This document shows, in pieces, positions 40,846-53,668 of a stretch of DNA of 64,000 nt. Numbering within the stretch: position 1 is the stretch's first letter; each line of letters begins with the position of its first letter. The DNA comes from Epiperipatus broadwayi (Eukaryota > Animalia > Onychophora). The DNA lies in contig JAQFVV010000003.1 in the NCBI GenBank assembly GCA_028023455.1, positions 16,368,001 to 16,432,000 of the forward strand, written 5' to 3'. The position numbers were made by a program, and so were the translations under genes. A model generated the notes under the pieces. It was not told the DNA's origin, did no database searches, and worked only from the letters and a program-made list of their open reading frames with translations.

Positions 40846-43800
40846 TATATTAATCTTAAATGTTGAAAGCTTCTCAGTTATTATAAGTATTGTTCTACAT
40901 TTATGCCTAGAAGAGTTTTTCATCAAGCAAAGTTCACATACTCTGTAATCTTATACTTAGAAAAGAAGTAAAATATTTTACTTTCATTATCAGCATCCTT
41001 TTGCTTTACCATCATGACTAAAATCACTATTACAACTATTTCTAGCATGGTACCCTAATCTAATTTTGTGAGATAGGTCATTTTGACCATCCACCCACAT
41101 TCATAAAAGGCAAGTGGTTCCTAAATAGAACTGCCTAAACATACATGCAGAATTTAATGACTTAAAACTTCTATCCCAAATGCTAATTCATGCAAAATAA
41201 TAATTAAGAATTCCTCCCACTTTGTTAAACCTGTCTTTAATTGCAAAAGAGTTGCAAAGTGACTGTCATATCATTAAACTCTCATTTGGGGATCCCAACA
41301 ACAGCATTAGTTTCAAATCAGATATAGATATATGTCAATTTGAATACTTTCATGGATAAAAGATGATTGTAACAGCAATACTTAAATGTATGGTTTAAAA
41401 CTACTTTGACTTTGATTTACCAAATGCCTTCCTGAAAGAAATAAAAACATTTCCATTAAAATATATATTGGTGATGTAATAAAACAGTGTTATAGAAAAA
41501 AGTAAAAATAACTAAAATGTCTATGCAATCTTATAATTTAAAAAAAAAAAAAGCTATGAACAAGATGTGATAGTGATCACAAAGAAATAATAGCTACTTT
41601 TTAATTTATTTTTATAAAAATATTTTATCTGATAAAGTAAACCAACATTATTTCTTTCAGGCATTTTATAAGTCTAACCAAGATAGTTTTAAACCAAAAT
41701 GCATGAAGCTTCCCATCAAATAAACATAAGCTATCATATATGGCTTTATTATAAATGTATCTCTAAATTTGAGATGCTAAAGTAAAAGCAAACTTCTATT
41801 AATCCCAAATAATCTGCAGACAGAAAACTTTACATTCACACATATATTTATACATGTGTATGCCAGTTTATATATAAATTATTGATCATCAGAATTAACT
41901 GGAACAGAAGATCATTTAGAAAATTAAACTGTTGGGAAAATCTTAAACATGTGAGATTCCTTATCAAAGTTTAGTTACATCAACAACTGTGTTTAAAAAC
42001 ATGAATTATTATAAAAACAAAGTACATTTCTATCTCATTTTAAGAACTTAGGATGTGTTCTAAAAATTTGAATGTTATGCCAATCCATTTCAAATGATGT
42101 TTAAAATTTATAGTTAAATAATTTTATTATTAAATTATAAGGTTTTTATAAATATATGAGATTTAGAATTTTTAATAACCATTACACTATTGATCATTTT
42201 GCTTTAAATGAGAAAAAAAAAACATTTGTAATCTAATTCCTTTTAGAAATGATTCAATCAACTTTTAATAGCACAAAACATTGGAAAGAAAAAAATTATT
42301 GCCTTTCATTCATTAGCAAATCAAAATTTTTACTAAATAAATGTTTATTAATCTAAGGTTCCTATGACTTTAATATTTCCTTTTACTAGCAGAAATAAAA
42401 AATTTCAGTACATAAGCATTTTATGAAACATTTCAAATATACAAGGAAAAAAAAAATGTTTTAATATAGCTGAAACAAAAGAAGATATTTTCTTTAAAAA
42501 AAAACTAATTTTATCTTCTACAGAGTTTTTATTTTAATCTGAGCTTATTAATAATTAAAATGCCCTCATAAATAAATATTTCTTAAATGTTATAAAATAC
42601 TTTGCCTTATTTTTAACAATCATCATGATTTTTCCTACAATAAACCCATTATCGAATCACTTGTTATTGCATATATCTTTGAATAAATAAATTTATTCAT
42701 GGACGAATTAAGTTTGAATATATTATTATAATTCACAAATCAGATTACTAAAAAATTATTTTAAATAATTTGCAAATAAAGCACACTTTTTCTTATATTA
42801 CTGTCAACTCATTTGTCTAATCAATGAATTGACATTCATACAAAAAGTGGGGACTGTTAACAATTTTGTTAAAATGATTCTTTAGGAATCTAACTTGTAT
42901 TTGGACTTAATTGATTCACTAATAAGTTTATGTATTCTCAATGTTACATATTTAATAACACTATTTATGGACTTATAATTAGAAAGAAATGTTTTAAGTG
43001 GCCACACTAATGACTTCAACATTAAAAACAGTGCATTAAAAAATTAGAATCATAATTATTTTTTTTTTTTAAAGTGTAAGGAGAGTAATGGTTTGAATAA
43101 TGTGTCATCCTACTATAAGATAAAATTGCAGTTAAAACATTTTAACATTCCATTTCAGGTTAAGGCTTCTCCAACAACCCCTCAATAGAGGAATAATAAA
43201 GGAGTAGTTAATCCTCACCAAGCTAGTCAATTACAATGTGTTTCAAATTTGACTATTTTTCTATTCTTGTTGTAATCTTTAGTTAAGGATACCTATTTAA
43301 CATTCAATATTAAATAGTTAGCTCTGTTGGCTTTGCACTGGATGAGTGAAAGAAATCCTACTGAAAAGATGTTGGAATGACAGATGACTGAGCTATTGTT
43401 GCGCCAATAAGGTCCTCTATCCTATTACATACATGCATAGTTATGTGGATATGCAACCATTGCATCAACACAATCTCTCTATCTTATTTTACACCAACAG
43501 ATATATTTATTTCTTGACAAATAAATATATATTAAAATATACTTCAATTAACATCCATCCATATAAAAATAACAGAATTATATTTGAACTTTATAAAGGT
43601 ATGTATGTATGTATGTATATATTAATAATTATGCATTTACTAAAACATGATTGTTGCAAATAAATACTTACAAAAAACAAAACAAAAATAAATACAGCAA
43701 TTTTAAACTTAAGTTTCATATTGTAAATCAATATACAAACAAAATAAGTGTGTAGCATTTGAAGAGCTATATAGGGATCCTGAGATCCGATTGATTGAAA

Positions 43801-44259
43801 TATGGGAGTCGTTGGCATCATTTATGTTAGATGTCTGCAGATCTATTCAAAACTAAAAAATGAGCTATATTTATGACTGTAGAAAGGAGTTCATTGTTAT
43901 CTGAAAGATGAACCTTTGATTCCTCTTTGAGACTTTAAAGGAACTGAGTAGGGCAAATTCCTGCAGCTGTAATTATTATGCGATTATTCATATGAAAATG
44001 AACGTGGATATACTGCTCAACAATACTTATTAGCTAGTTTGATGAGTTCATTGGTGAGGATCATGAAACACCATGTTGTTTTTCTTCTCAATTGCTTTAA
44101 TTGAAATACCAGTTGAATTTTCTTGAAGGCAGGATGAAAATGTGCTTGAATTATATGCTTTTTTTTCTTTTATAGATATTTACAATCATGACATAGAATA
44201 CTAAATTACAGCACTTATTCCCATGAGACTGTAAAATCGTCAACCGAGATTGCAGTTGA

Positions 44260-46850
44260 GAGTGGAAGGAGGTTAAGAATCCTGATTGCAGATCAGATTG
44301 CCATTCAATAATGACATTCTATTAAGATACCTAAAACTGAAAATCACTTTCAAATAAGAAAGATTGCATGAACTGAAGAACTGTTTAATATTAAATGGAA
44401 TATTGTTGGATTTTGTGAAGAAAGGGTTAAGAGGCAACTGATTTAAAAAATAGATAAGTACTTTACTACAAAAACACAAATATTGAAAGCACAAATGGAA
44501 TAGGATTTATTATGAATAAAGAAAATGGAAGAACAATATTATGGAGATTGATGGTTTATCAAATAGACAATTATTCAACTTAATGGAAAATATGATAATT
44601 CAAATTTATTCACTGACAAGTTCTCATCATATAAAGAAATAGAGTATATGTATATACAAAAAGCATGTGAATAGACCAAACATTTTAAAATTGTCATGTG
44701 AGACTTTAATGTTGGAATTGGTAAACAAATGAAAGATAAAAGTGCCATGACTAAATTTAATTATGGTGACGGACATCTGAAGTATTATGAATTCATTATT
44801 TGAGAAAAATGGTATATGAAAATGATGTGGAAGCATCTTAAAAGAAAATCAAAAGTGAATTATACTTTGACTAACAGAAAATATTAATTTCAAAACAATA
44901 ATGTTTTCAATAGATTCAACACTGCAAAAAATCATCTATCACTCAGATGTAAGACATGTATTAGTGATAAAATAGACAAACAAAAATTATGAAGAAAACA
45001 AACCTTCAGAAAAACCCTTCAATGAATTTAGATTAATATTTAATAGATTTTGAAGATTGTTCAGGTTTTAACTCATAATTAATATTCTATTACGAATTCC
45101 AAGAAAGATAACTGGTGCAAACAAGCAGCAATGTGTCTAGCAAATTTTCTACTGAGACAATATGAAAAATTTCTAAAATGATCCACTAAGAATTGACTAC
45201 TTAAAATTTTGAAATGATATGAAAAATGGTTAATTATGATGAAATAAAAAATAATTCCAAATCAGCAAGGATAGCTATAAATAGCTATAAAAAGAATAAA
45301 AGTCTCAAAAGTATATAACAACATTTTTGTATTGAAAGGAAAGTTGTTTGAGAAATAAAAAGAGAAGATGAAGCTATAACTGAAAAGAGAGATAATATAA
45401 AATTAGTAAAAGAAATTTATAAAAAATTATGTAGTAATAAAGATATTTAAAAAAACACAAAAAACAAGTATTCCCTACAATTACTAAATTGTTTGAATTT
45501 CCAAGTATTTAAAGTAAAGAGGTGAAACATTCAATTAAATCTAAGATGAAAACACAAAAAATGATGAAATTATTATTGATATCTTAAAAAAAAAAAAACA
45601 GGTGAAGAAATAAAAAAAAATAGTTGGCAAAGGCCACAAAGATGTACCAGATATTTGGAAGAATGTAATAGTAACATTGATATTTAAGAAAAGTGATAAA
45701 GAAGTGTTTAGAAATTACAAACCTATCAATATTCTATCAGAATATAAAATCTTCAAAATAATTATAACTTGTTTACAGTAACCATTATATTTTAACTAAC
45801 CAAAAGAATAAGCTCAATTTAAAAATGGTTTTAATTATATCTAAATATTGAGTTAATTTAAAAGAAAGAACCAATGAATATAAGTTGTCATTATATTTTG
45901 AATTTGTAGATTATGAAAAAGCATCTGATTTTACAAGCATTTCCATTGTAATTAAGGCTTTGGTTCATCAAGATATAGATACCAGATATGTCAAAAAGAT
46001 TGACATTTAGAAAAGTGTTCAAGAGACTAATTCCATATCTCCAAAACTTTTAATAGCAGTTTTACAAGAAATATTTTGTGACTTAAAATGGAAAATTATG
46101 GGAGTAAAAGTAAATTATTTAAATCATCTAAATTTTGCAGATCATGTGATTACATCGTTTTTGCAATAATACTTCAGAGCTTTGGGAAATGTTGCAAAAG
46201 TTATCCAATGAAAGTAAGAAAATAGATATAAAGATAAAAACCAAAAAGAATTTAAAATGAATTTTCTTAAAAGAAAAAAATAAAGATTGATAAACATAGA
46301 CGTTAACAACAACAAATTACTTGATCAGAATACTAATACACAAGGAGACATTATGAATGAAAACTTGGATAGAATAACTTTTAGTAGAAATAACTTACTA
46401 TAAAAAAGAAATATACCTATGTATTTGAAAATGAAGATTTTTTGTAAATGTGTTTTACCAGTTCTTATTCATGAATCTGAGACATGGATACTTAACAGAA
46501 GAGCAATACAGAGATTTCAAACCACTAAATGGATTATGAAAAAATATACATATTAGGAGTAACTAGAGGGAATCAAAAACGAAATACATGGATGAGAGAA
46601 CACGTTTCTGACAACACAAAAAGAATTAAGAGTCTGAAGTAGAATTGCTAGATGAGGTAATAATAGATAGAAAGTTGAAATTTTAAATGATATCCCAAGA
46701 AATTGTAAATGACTAAAAAAATACATGTGAGATGAATAGATGAAATAAGAAAATTTTCTGGTGGAATAAACAAAGTAAATATAGACTGGAAAAAATAGAC
46801 TAAAGTTGGAAAAATCTTCACCCTGCAATTAATCAATAATAAATAATGAT
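44260..46850 (+). mobile_element. Decayed RTE-clade non-LTR retrotransposon (APE endonuclease + RT)
   Basis: IKWNIVGFCEER (~44390), KIVM*DFNVGIG (~44690), [28 protein letters not shown] (45656-45740), FVDYEKASD (45903), NHLNFADH (46122), CVLPVLIHESETW (46449), and a short (TAA/TGA)-type 3' tail at ~46830-46850. Confidence 0.88.
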
Positions 46851-46917
46851 AATATATATACATAAACATATACAAATATACGCACAGATATATATATATA
46901 TGTAAATAAATACTTAC

Positions 46918-46996
46918 ATCATATTCATTCTGAGAACCTGGACCTTGAGCTAATGTCCGAAGATTTGTAATGAAATGTCCAATAAAATCATGACTG
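46918..46996 (-). CDS. CPNE: Copine exon (x|SHDFIGHFITNLRTLAQGPGSQNEYD); most 5' exon found in window
   Basis: AG/GTAAGT, 79 nt. C2B motif SHDFIG.F.T...L. Splices in frame to 34294. Confidence 0.95.
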
Positions 46997-48932
46997 CTAA
47001 AAACAAAAAATGATTAAAAAGCAGTATCTTATAAATTTATACACAAATTAATACAACAACAAAGAAGAAAAATATAAAATTTATCTTAAAACATAAACCA
47101 CTAATATTCAAAAATATTGCTTCTTAAAATCTAATCCACATATTGTAAAATAAATCTTGAAATTTTGAATTACATTATAGAATTTAAATAATATAAATTA
47201 TCAGTAAGTAAACATAATCTTTGTCATGTGGAAATTAATTAGCTTTATATTTTTGTTCCTGCTTTCAAGTATTAAGGTTTTTTTTTAACCTTTACAAAAT
47301 CCATGCACATCTTATGTTTTTCCAGTTTTTATACGGCTTTTAATTTTTTTTTTAATTTTTAATTTACTTCTGTTTTAATATGTACCACTATCTTTTAAAC
47401 ATTAATTGAGATATCTCATTTCATTTTAAATATAATGTGGAATAAAAATTAACTTATAGCAAAATCTGTAATCTTGTGAGTCCACTCATAGATGGCATTA
47501 TTGTGCAGACTTTAGCAAGAAGAGACCAGAGATCAACAAAAACTCAGCTATGCCTGCTGCAGTTGCAATAGCCAATAAAGCTTAAATCATTATTGGTAGC
47601 TATTTGTTATATTTATAACATAATAATCTTCAAATCACAAAAGAGTAATGAGCCAGCTCATTAAGAAATTATTTGAGCTTTTACAATGGGTGACAAAAAT
47701 AAACACTGAATCTGTAATAATTGTCAAGATAAATGTGTGAGAATTCCCAAAAATTAAAAAAATAGCTCACAACAAACACTGTTCCAATAATTTGCCAAAA
47801 AAACAAACCCATCCATCTAAATTAAACTAAGAAGTTAGGTATCTGAATATCCATTAACAAGAAAGTATTCTTAACAGTAAAAAAAAAAATTTAAGATATT
47901 TATCAAAGCTTTGAAAGAATGTTTTAATGATAACAATTATGATTCTCATTAAGATGGATTGCAAATCATATTCCATTAAAACTTCAATTTTAGCATAAGA
48001 ATATCTTAATGATATTGAATGTGGCTTGAATTTATTTGAAAAAAAAAAAAAAGTTGCCAAAATCAAAGAAACCTGACAAAATGTAAAATGACCAAAAAAA
48101 GATACAGAGTAATGTTTTAAATCTTATTTCAGCTGTAAAAAAGTAGTACAAATACATCATAATGAAGATGGCAAAAAAAAAAACAAATGATTCTTAATGA
48201 TTCTTCAAGTTAGATCAAAAGGTTTATTTCTCTAAAACATCAATAAATTCCTATCCATAATCCTAATCTGTCACTAACACGAAAAAGTCTTAAAATATAC
48301 AAAACTACTTGAGGGGGGAGGGGACACTAGTACAAAAATTCTTCATTTATAGTTCAACTACTTGGATATGTGGAGTTTTGTTACTTTCTGCAGATGTAAA
48401 TAATAAAAATAAAATTACCACTGTTATCAAAACTAGTGGCCCAAATAAGAATTGTTAATCAAAGAATAGAAAAATGTCATAAACAGTCTGTTAATGAATT
48501 TTGGATCTCAACACTATTTCAAAATATTCGAGCATATGCACCATTAATTATTAAATTATATTAAAATAATAACTAATGTTGATAATTTAAAACAAAGTTC
48601 TCAATATAATTCACAAAAATTACCGCGCACAAAGCAGGTACTAAGATAGTTAAACTTTAAAGATGATTCAAGATTAAAATGCCATTAGACCAAGATTCTT
48701 ATCTATCAGCTAAAAAGAGTGAACTTTATTTCAATAAGATATTACAACTAACAGAAATAACTAAAATTACTAAACATATAATAATTAATTTGAAATTTTC
48801 ATACAAGAAAAGTTCCAATCACATGAAGAACACTGTTCCAGAAATATAAATGAATCTCAATATAACTAAGTGAAATATGATTATTGATTAAGTATATATT
48901 TATGAATTTCCTAGTAATTTCCACTTAATAGC

Positions 48933-49407
48933 TGAAATGTCTACAATTGCACATATATACATTAGATAAATTAAGTCTACTTATCCCAAAGCACACTAAT
49001 TATTTCAGTTTGGATTACTTCTTAATTCACTCTAGAAAACTAAGAGTTTCTGCCTATGCCAATTCAAATTAAGATCTTAAAAAAACCTATTAAATCTTTG
49101 CAAAAAATTAACTGCACAGTAATTAACTGGGAAGTGTCAGAGTATTAGTGTTATAATGGTACTGAAGTTATAAAAGCCGCAAGGTATATTCGGAGATGAA
49201 TTCCAAACAAAGCTTAAATGTTTTACTCTGTATAAATATCAGAAGAACTTTGTAGTAGAAAATTCTCTCCTAAATAGAATCAAAAACGTCAGTGTGAAAA
49301 TTGTGAATCAACATTATTGTAAAATTACTCTAATGTAATGAGTTAAAGTAAAAAAAAAAAAAAAGCGGTGTTTCACTATCTGACTGGTCTTCAAAGACTC
49401 TTAGACA
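48933..49407 (+). repeat. 5' LTR of Mag-type provirus
   Basis: TGAAATGTCT...CTTAGACA; colinear with 53137-53668. Confidence 0.88.
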
Positions 49408-52400
49408 TAGGAGAGTATTGCAAGTTGATAGTAGGTAGAACAGTTCAAAAAATAATACTGAGAAAATATATAAAAAATTATACTGTATTTAATGGTGGCT
49501 CTAAATTCAATGATCAAGAATTCGATATTAATAACATGGATTCATGGAGGAATTATATAGAGTGCTACATGTTCATAAACAAAGTAGAGGATGAACATCT
49601 TAAAGTGTCTATACTCTTTTACTTTGCAAGATCAGAAGACATCATTCAACTTGCAAACACACTAACAGTCCCAAAACATCTGGAAGACCTTTCATATAAG
49701 GAAGTCATAAAAGTTTTAAATGGCTATTTTGCACTGAGAATAAATAAATGGATAGTGCAGCTGAGATTTAAAAACTGGAAGCAACTATCACATGAAAAAT
49801 ACGTGGACTATGTAGAAAGTTATCGATGAGTTTGGATCGGAGTTAAGTGACTCCTTACTGGAACAACTTTTGTATGGAATGGTAGATGACAGTTTCAGAA
49901 AAGTACTCTTGAGCGATACAAATTTAAATTATAAACTAGCAATGGATAAGTGTGTCACCAAGGAGACTATGCTGAGTAACTCCTCCTAACAGGGACTGCC
50001 TCAACAATTAGAGAAAATATCTTTGATTAAAGAAAAATTAATGAGAAATCTATCGATTCCCAACAAAAAGAAAAAAGGGCAGACATCTATTGCTGTGAAA
50101 GAATAGGACATTTAAAAATTAATTGTAACGTAGGGATAAAAAATATAGAAATTGTAACTTAAAAGACATTTAGAATTGTTTGCCATTTTAGAGATCGTAC
50201 CCACAAAATAACAGAAAACCAGTCTACAAACCTTGTGGAGAAATGGAGTATAAAAGACAAACATAAAAATCCTAAATAACAGTAAATAAGATTGTATATT
50301 ACTTGCTGTGGAAATCTATAGTAAACCAGTCACTATGGAAGTTGATAGTGGAACGGGAAGAATGGATAAAGATAAATGAAACCTTAAAAAGACTCTTAAT
50401 ATAACAAAATCTGATGTGATGGTCATAGACATTAATGGAAATAAAATTGATATTTGAGGTAAAGTTGTGGTCCCAGTAAGACTAAATTCAAGGTGATAGT
50501 TTCTTACACTGTATATAGCAAATAAAGATTTTAGTTTACCATTTTGAAGAAACTGTTTTGCATGTCTTGGTGTTCATAGAAATATCTTAAAAACAGTTCA
50601 TGTAGAAACATTTATGAAGAAAAGATACCCGGATTGTTTAAAACTGGATCTGCTAAACTAAGAACCAGACCAGTTAACACTGAGTTAATGAAAGACACAC
50701 AACCAATTATATGTAAGCCCCATAAAGTACTGTTTGCTTTGAAGGAGAAAATAGAAAAAACACTGAGTGAATTGATCTCTAAGGGAGTATCAACACCCTC
50801 TGAAGACTCCCTGTTTGGGTCACACCTATAGTCATAATTGCTAAAACTAATAGAAATTACAATTATGTGGAGACTATAGAATTATGTTAAACAAGCACTT
50901 AAACAAAGGTTCATATTCAGTCCCTAGTATACACGAAGAACTGGCATTACTTCGTAAAAATAGATTTGAAAGATATTTCCCATCTGATACCGGTAACTGA
51001 AAAAATGGCAGAATTCTTAACTTTGACCACCCATAAGGGATTATACAAATGCAATAAATTACACTATGGTATCTCCATTGTGCTGAACAATTTCCAGGTA
51101 ACGATGGATATGCACTTTAGAACTGTAACCAATGTAGTCCCTTATTTAGATGATATCTTGATTACTGTCACAAGTGCAAGCTGAATTAGAAAAATGGGTG
51201 AACATTGTTTGCACAAAATTGGAAAGTGTGAAAGCCAAAGTAATGCTAATGGCCGGTATCCAGATCCAGAAAAGGATAAAAGCAACAAAAAATGCTGAGA
51301 AGCCTAAAAATGTAAAATATTTGCAGGCACTCCTCAGACTTTAAACTTCTATGAGAGATTTATGAAAAAGAAATCATTGTTTATCACCCTCGTACCAAAC
51401 TTTAAAAAAAAAAAACATTGGACTTGCGAACATGACAAGGCTTTTAAAAATGCTAAGGACCTATTAACTTCTGAAAATTTACTAGTACACTACCATATCA
51501 ATCTCAAAGTAATCATAACAACAGGTGCATATGGTGTTGGAGACATTATATCTTACCCCTGCTTTAGAGGCGAATGTCTGATTGCTTATGCCTTCAGAGT
51601 CTTGACTTCTGCAGAGAAAAACTATTAGCCAGATTGAGCATTGGCAGTTAAAAGATCTTTGCAATTAAAAAATTTCACCAATATGTTTTTGGGCAGAGAT
51701 TCCAAATCTGTACAGATCATTACCCCCTAACAGGCACAGAGAAAAAAAAACCCATAACATGTAAGTCAATGGGTGTTATGTTGGATTAATGTTGTCTCCA
51801 GTTATGATTATAGTTTAGTCTTCAAGCCAGGAAAAGAAATTCATCACACCAATGCTTTATCCTGATTACCTGACAAAACAGAGAAGCAAATCGTAATTAA
51901 GAAAATAAATTACATTGATTCGATGAATTCTAGTATAAACAGTGATACTAGTGTTGTTGTAGCCAAGTGGACCTAACACAATAAAGAATATATACAATTT
52001 ATAAATTGGATTAAATTTGGGTGGCCAAAGGCCTACCCTTCCAGGAGTTAATAAGTCAATCTGCAATTTGCATGATGAACTTTCTGTACTTAATGGTTGT
52101 GTTGACCACTGATCATGTTCTCACTCCATCTCGAGGCAGAATACCTATATTGAACTTGTTACATCAAGACCGCCCCGGGATAGTCAGAATAAAAGCCGTA
52201 GCTCGATCATACATATAGTGGCCAAATTTAACTAGTGACATAGTCCATCTTGATCATGCTAGCCTTTAAATGGCTATATTATATTAGTCTTAGTAGATGC
52301 TTACTTGCACTGAACTGAGTACAAGTTAATGAGGAGTACTAATGCTGACTGTACCATAACAGCCTTGAACAAAATATTTGCTATGCATGGATTCAGACTT

Positions 52401-53136
52401 ATTAGTAACTAACAACGATAACGCTGATTTCTTGCGCATTAAAGTAATTAAACATGTTCTTACTATTCCCTAACATCCAGAGAGGAATAGGTTTGCTGAG
52501 AAGGCTGTACAACATTTAAAACATGTATTGAAAAAAAAATAAACAATTTTAAAAGCATTACAGAAGCGATGTATCATCAGCACTTCACAACTACTCCTGC
52601 GACAAACAAAACCCCAGCAGAATTATTGATAAGTCATTCCTTTAATACTCACTTATCTAAGATGCTACCCGCTAGTAGGAAAATTAGAAATCAAACTCCT
52701 ATAAAATTTCTACCAGGCGAAAACATGTAGATATGCAATCGTTTAAAACAGAAGTGGAAACCTGGTATAATAATAACAGTGACATCAAGGCAAATAAGAT
52801 TAGTGAAAATTATACAAGAAGGGAAGGAATTAAACACCTATATCATCTTTGCCATTATTATGATAATATTTTGTCTTGAGACATACCAAAACAAAACATA
52901 TGAGGAGCAAGCGATCAAAACAGATACGCTATGATATAATCCCGATAATAATTCAAACTTAGAATTAATTGCACAAAATGAAGATAAAACTGCTCATATT
53001 CAACAAGCAAATCCAACTACTTTCATAGAAGATACTAATACAGTTACTCCAAGGATTCCCCATGTTTGCTGATCCTCAATTAATATATAACAATTTCTTT
53101 AGTTGATACCTGTCAATTTTCTAGTGGATAAAGGAG

Positions 53137-53153
53137 TGAAATGTCTGCCACTG

Positions 53154-53190
<37 letters not shown>

Positions 53191-53668
53191 TAAATAAATT
53201 AAGTCTATTTACCTCAAAGCACACTAATTATTTCAGTCTTGATTAATTCTTAATTCACTTTAGAAAATTAATAAAGAGAGAGCTGCCTATGTAAATTGAG
53301 ATCTTAAAAAATCTTATTAAATACTTTGCAAAAAAGTAATTGTGCAGTAATTAACTGGGAAGTGTCAGAGCATTATTATTGTAATGGTACTGAAGTTATA
53401 AGTCGCAAGGTATGCTCAGAGATTAATTCCAAACAAAGCTTAAGTATTTTACTCTGTGTAAATGACAGAAGAATTTTTTTGTAGCTGAAAATTGTCTTCT
53501 AAATAGAGTATTCAAATTTATAGTATTTGTTTTGCAGTAATGTTAGCTTTAATTTGCATACATGTTATCTATCAAAAATGTCAGTGTGAAAATTGTGTAA
53601 TGTGTTAAAATAAAAATAAAAAAGAGAAGTTTTTCACTATCTCACTGGTTTTCAGAGATCCTTAGGCA
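53137..53668 (+). repeat. 3' LTR of Mag-type provirus
   Basis: TGAAATGTCT...CTTAGGCA. Relative to the 5' LTR it has a (CA)n(TA)n expansion and an extra ~60-bp block at ~53510-53570. Confidence 0.88.

Larger units (their letters stand above)
48933..53668 (+). mobile_element. Full-length decayed Ty3/gypsy provirus, Mag-type (K02A2.6-like) Gag/Pol
   Basis: TG..CA ends with TAGC target duplication (48929-48932 / 53669-53672). Gag DSWRNYIE..., degenerate zinc knuckle YCCERIGHLKINC (~50090-50126), protease EVDSGT (~50340), RT PYLDDILIT (51140), integrase HQDRPGIVRIKAVARSYI*WP (~52160-52230). Purine tract GGATAAAGGAG precedes the 3' LTR. Confidence 0.9.

Noticed and set aside
43361-43410. Minus-strand EDLIGATIAQ as a duplicated SHDFIG exon
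   Set aside because: Only three residues are similar, there is an in-frame stop, and no donor is present.
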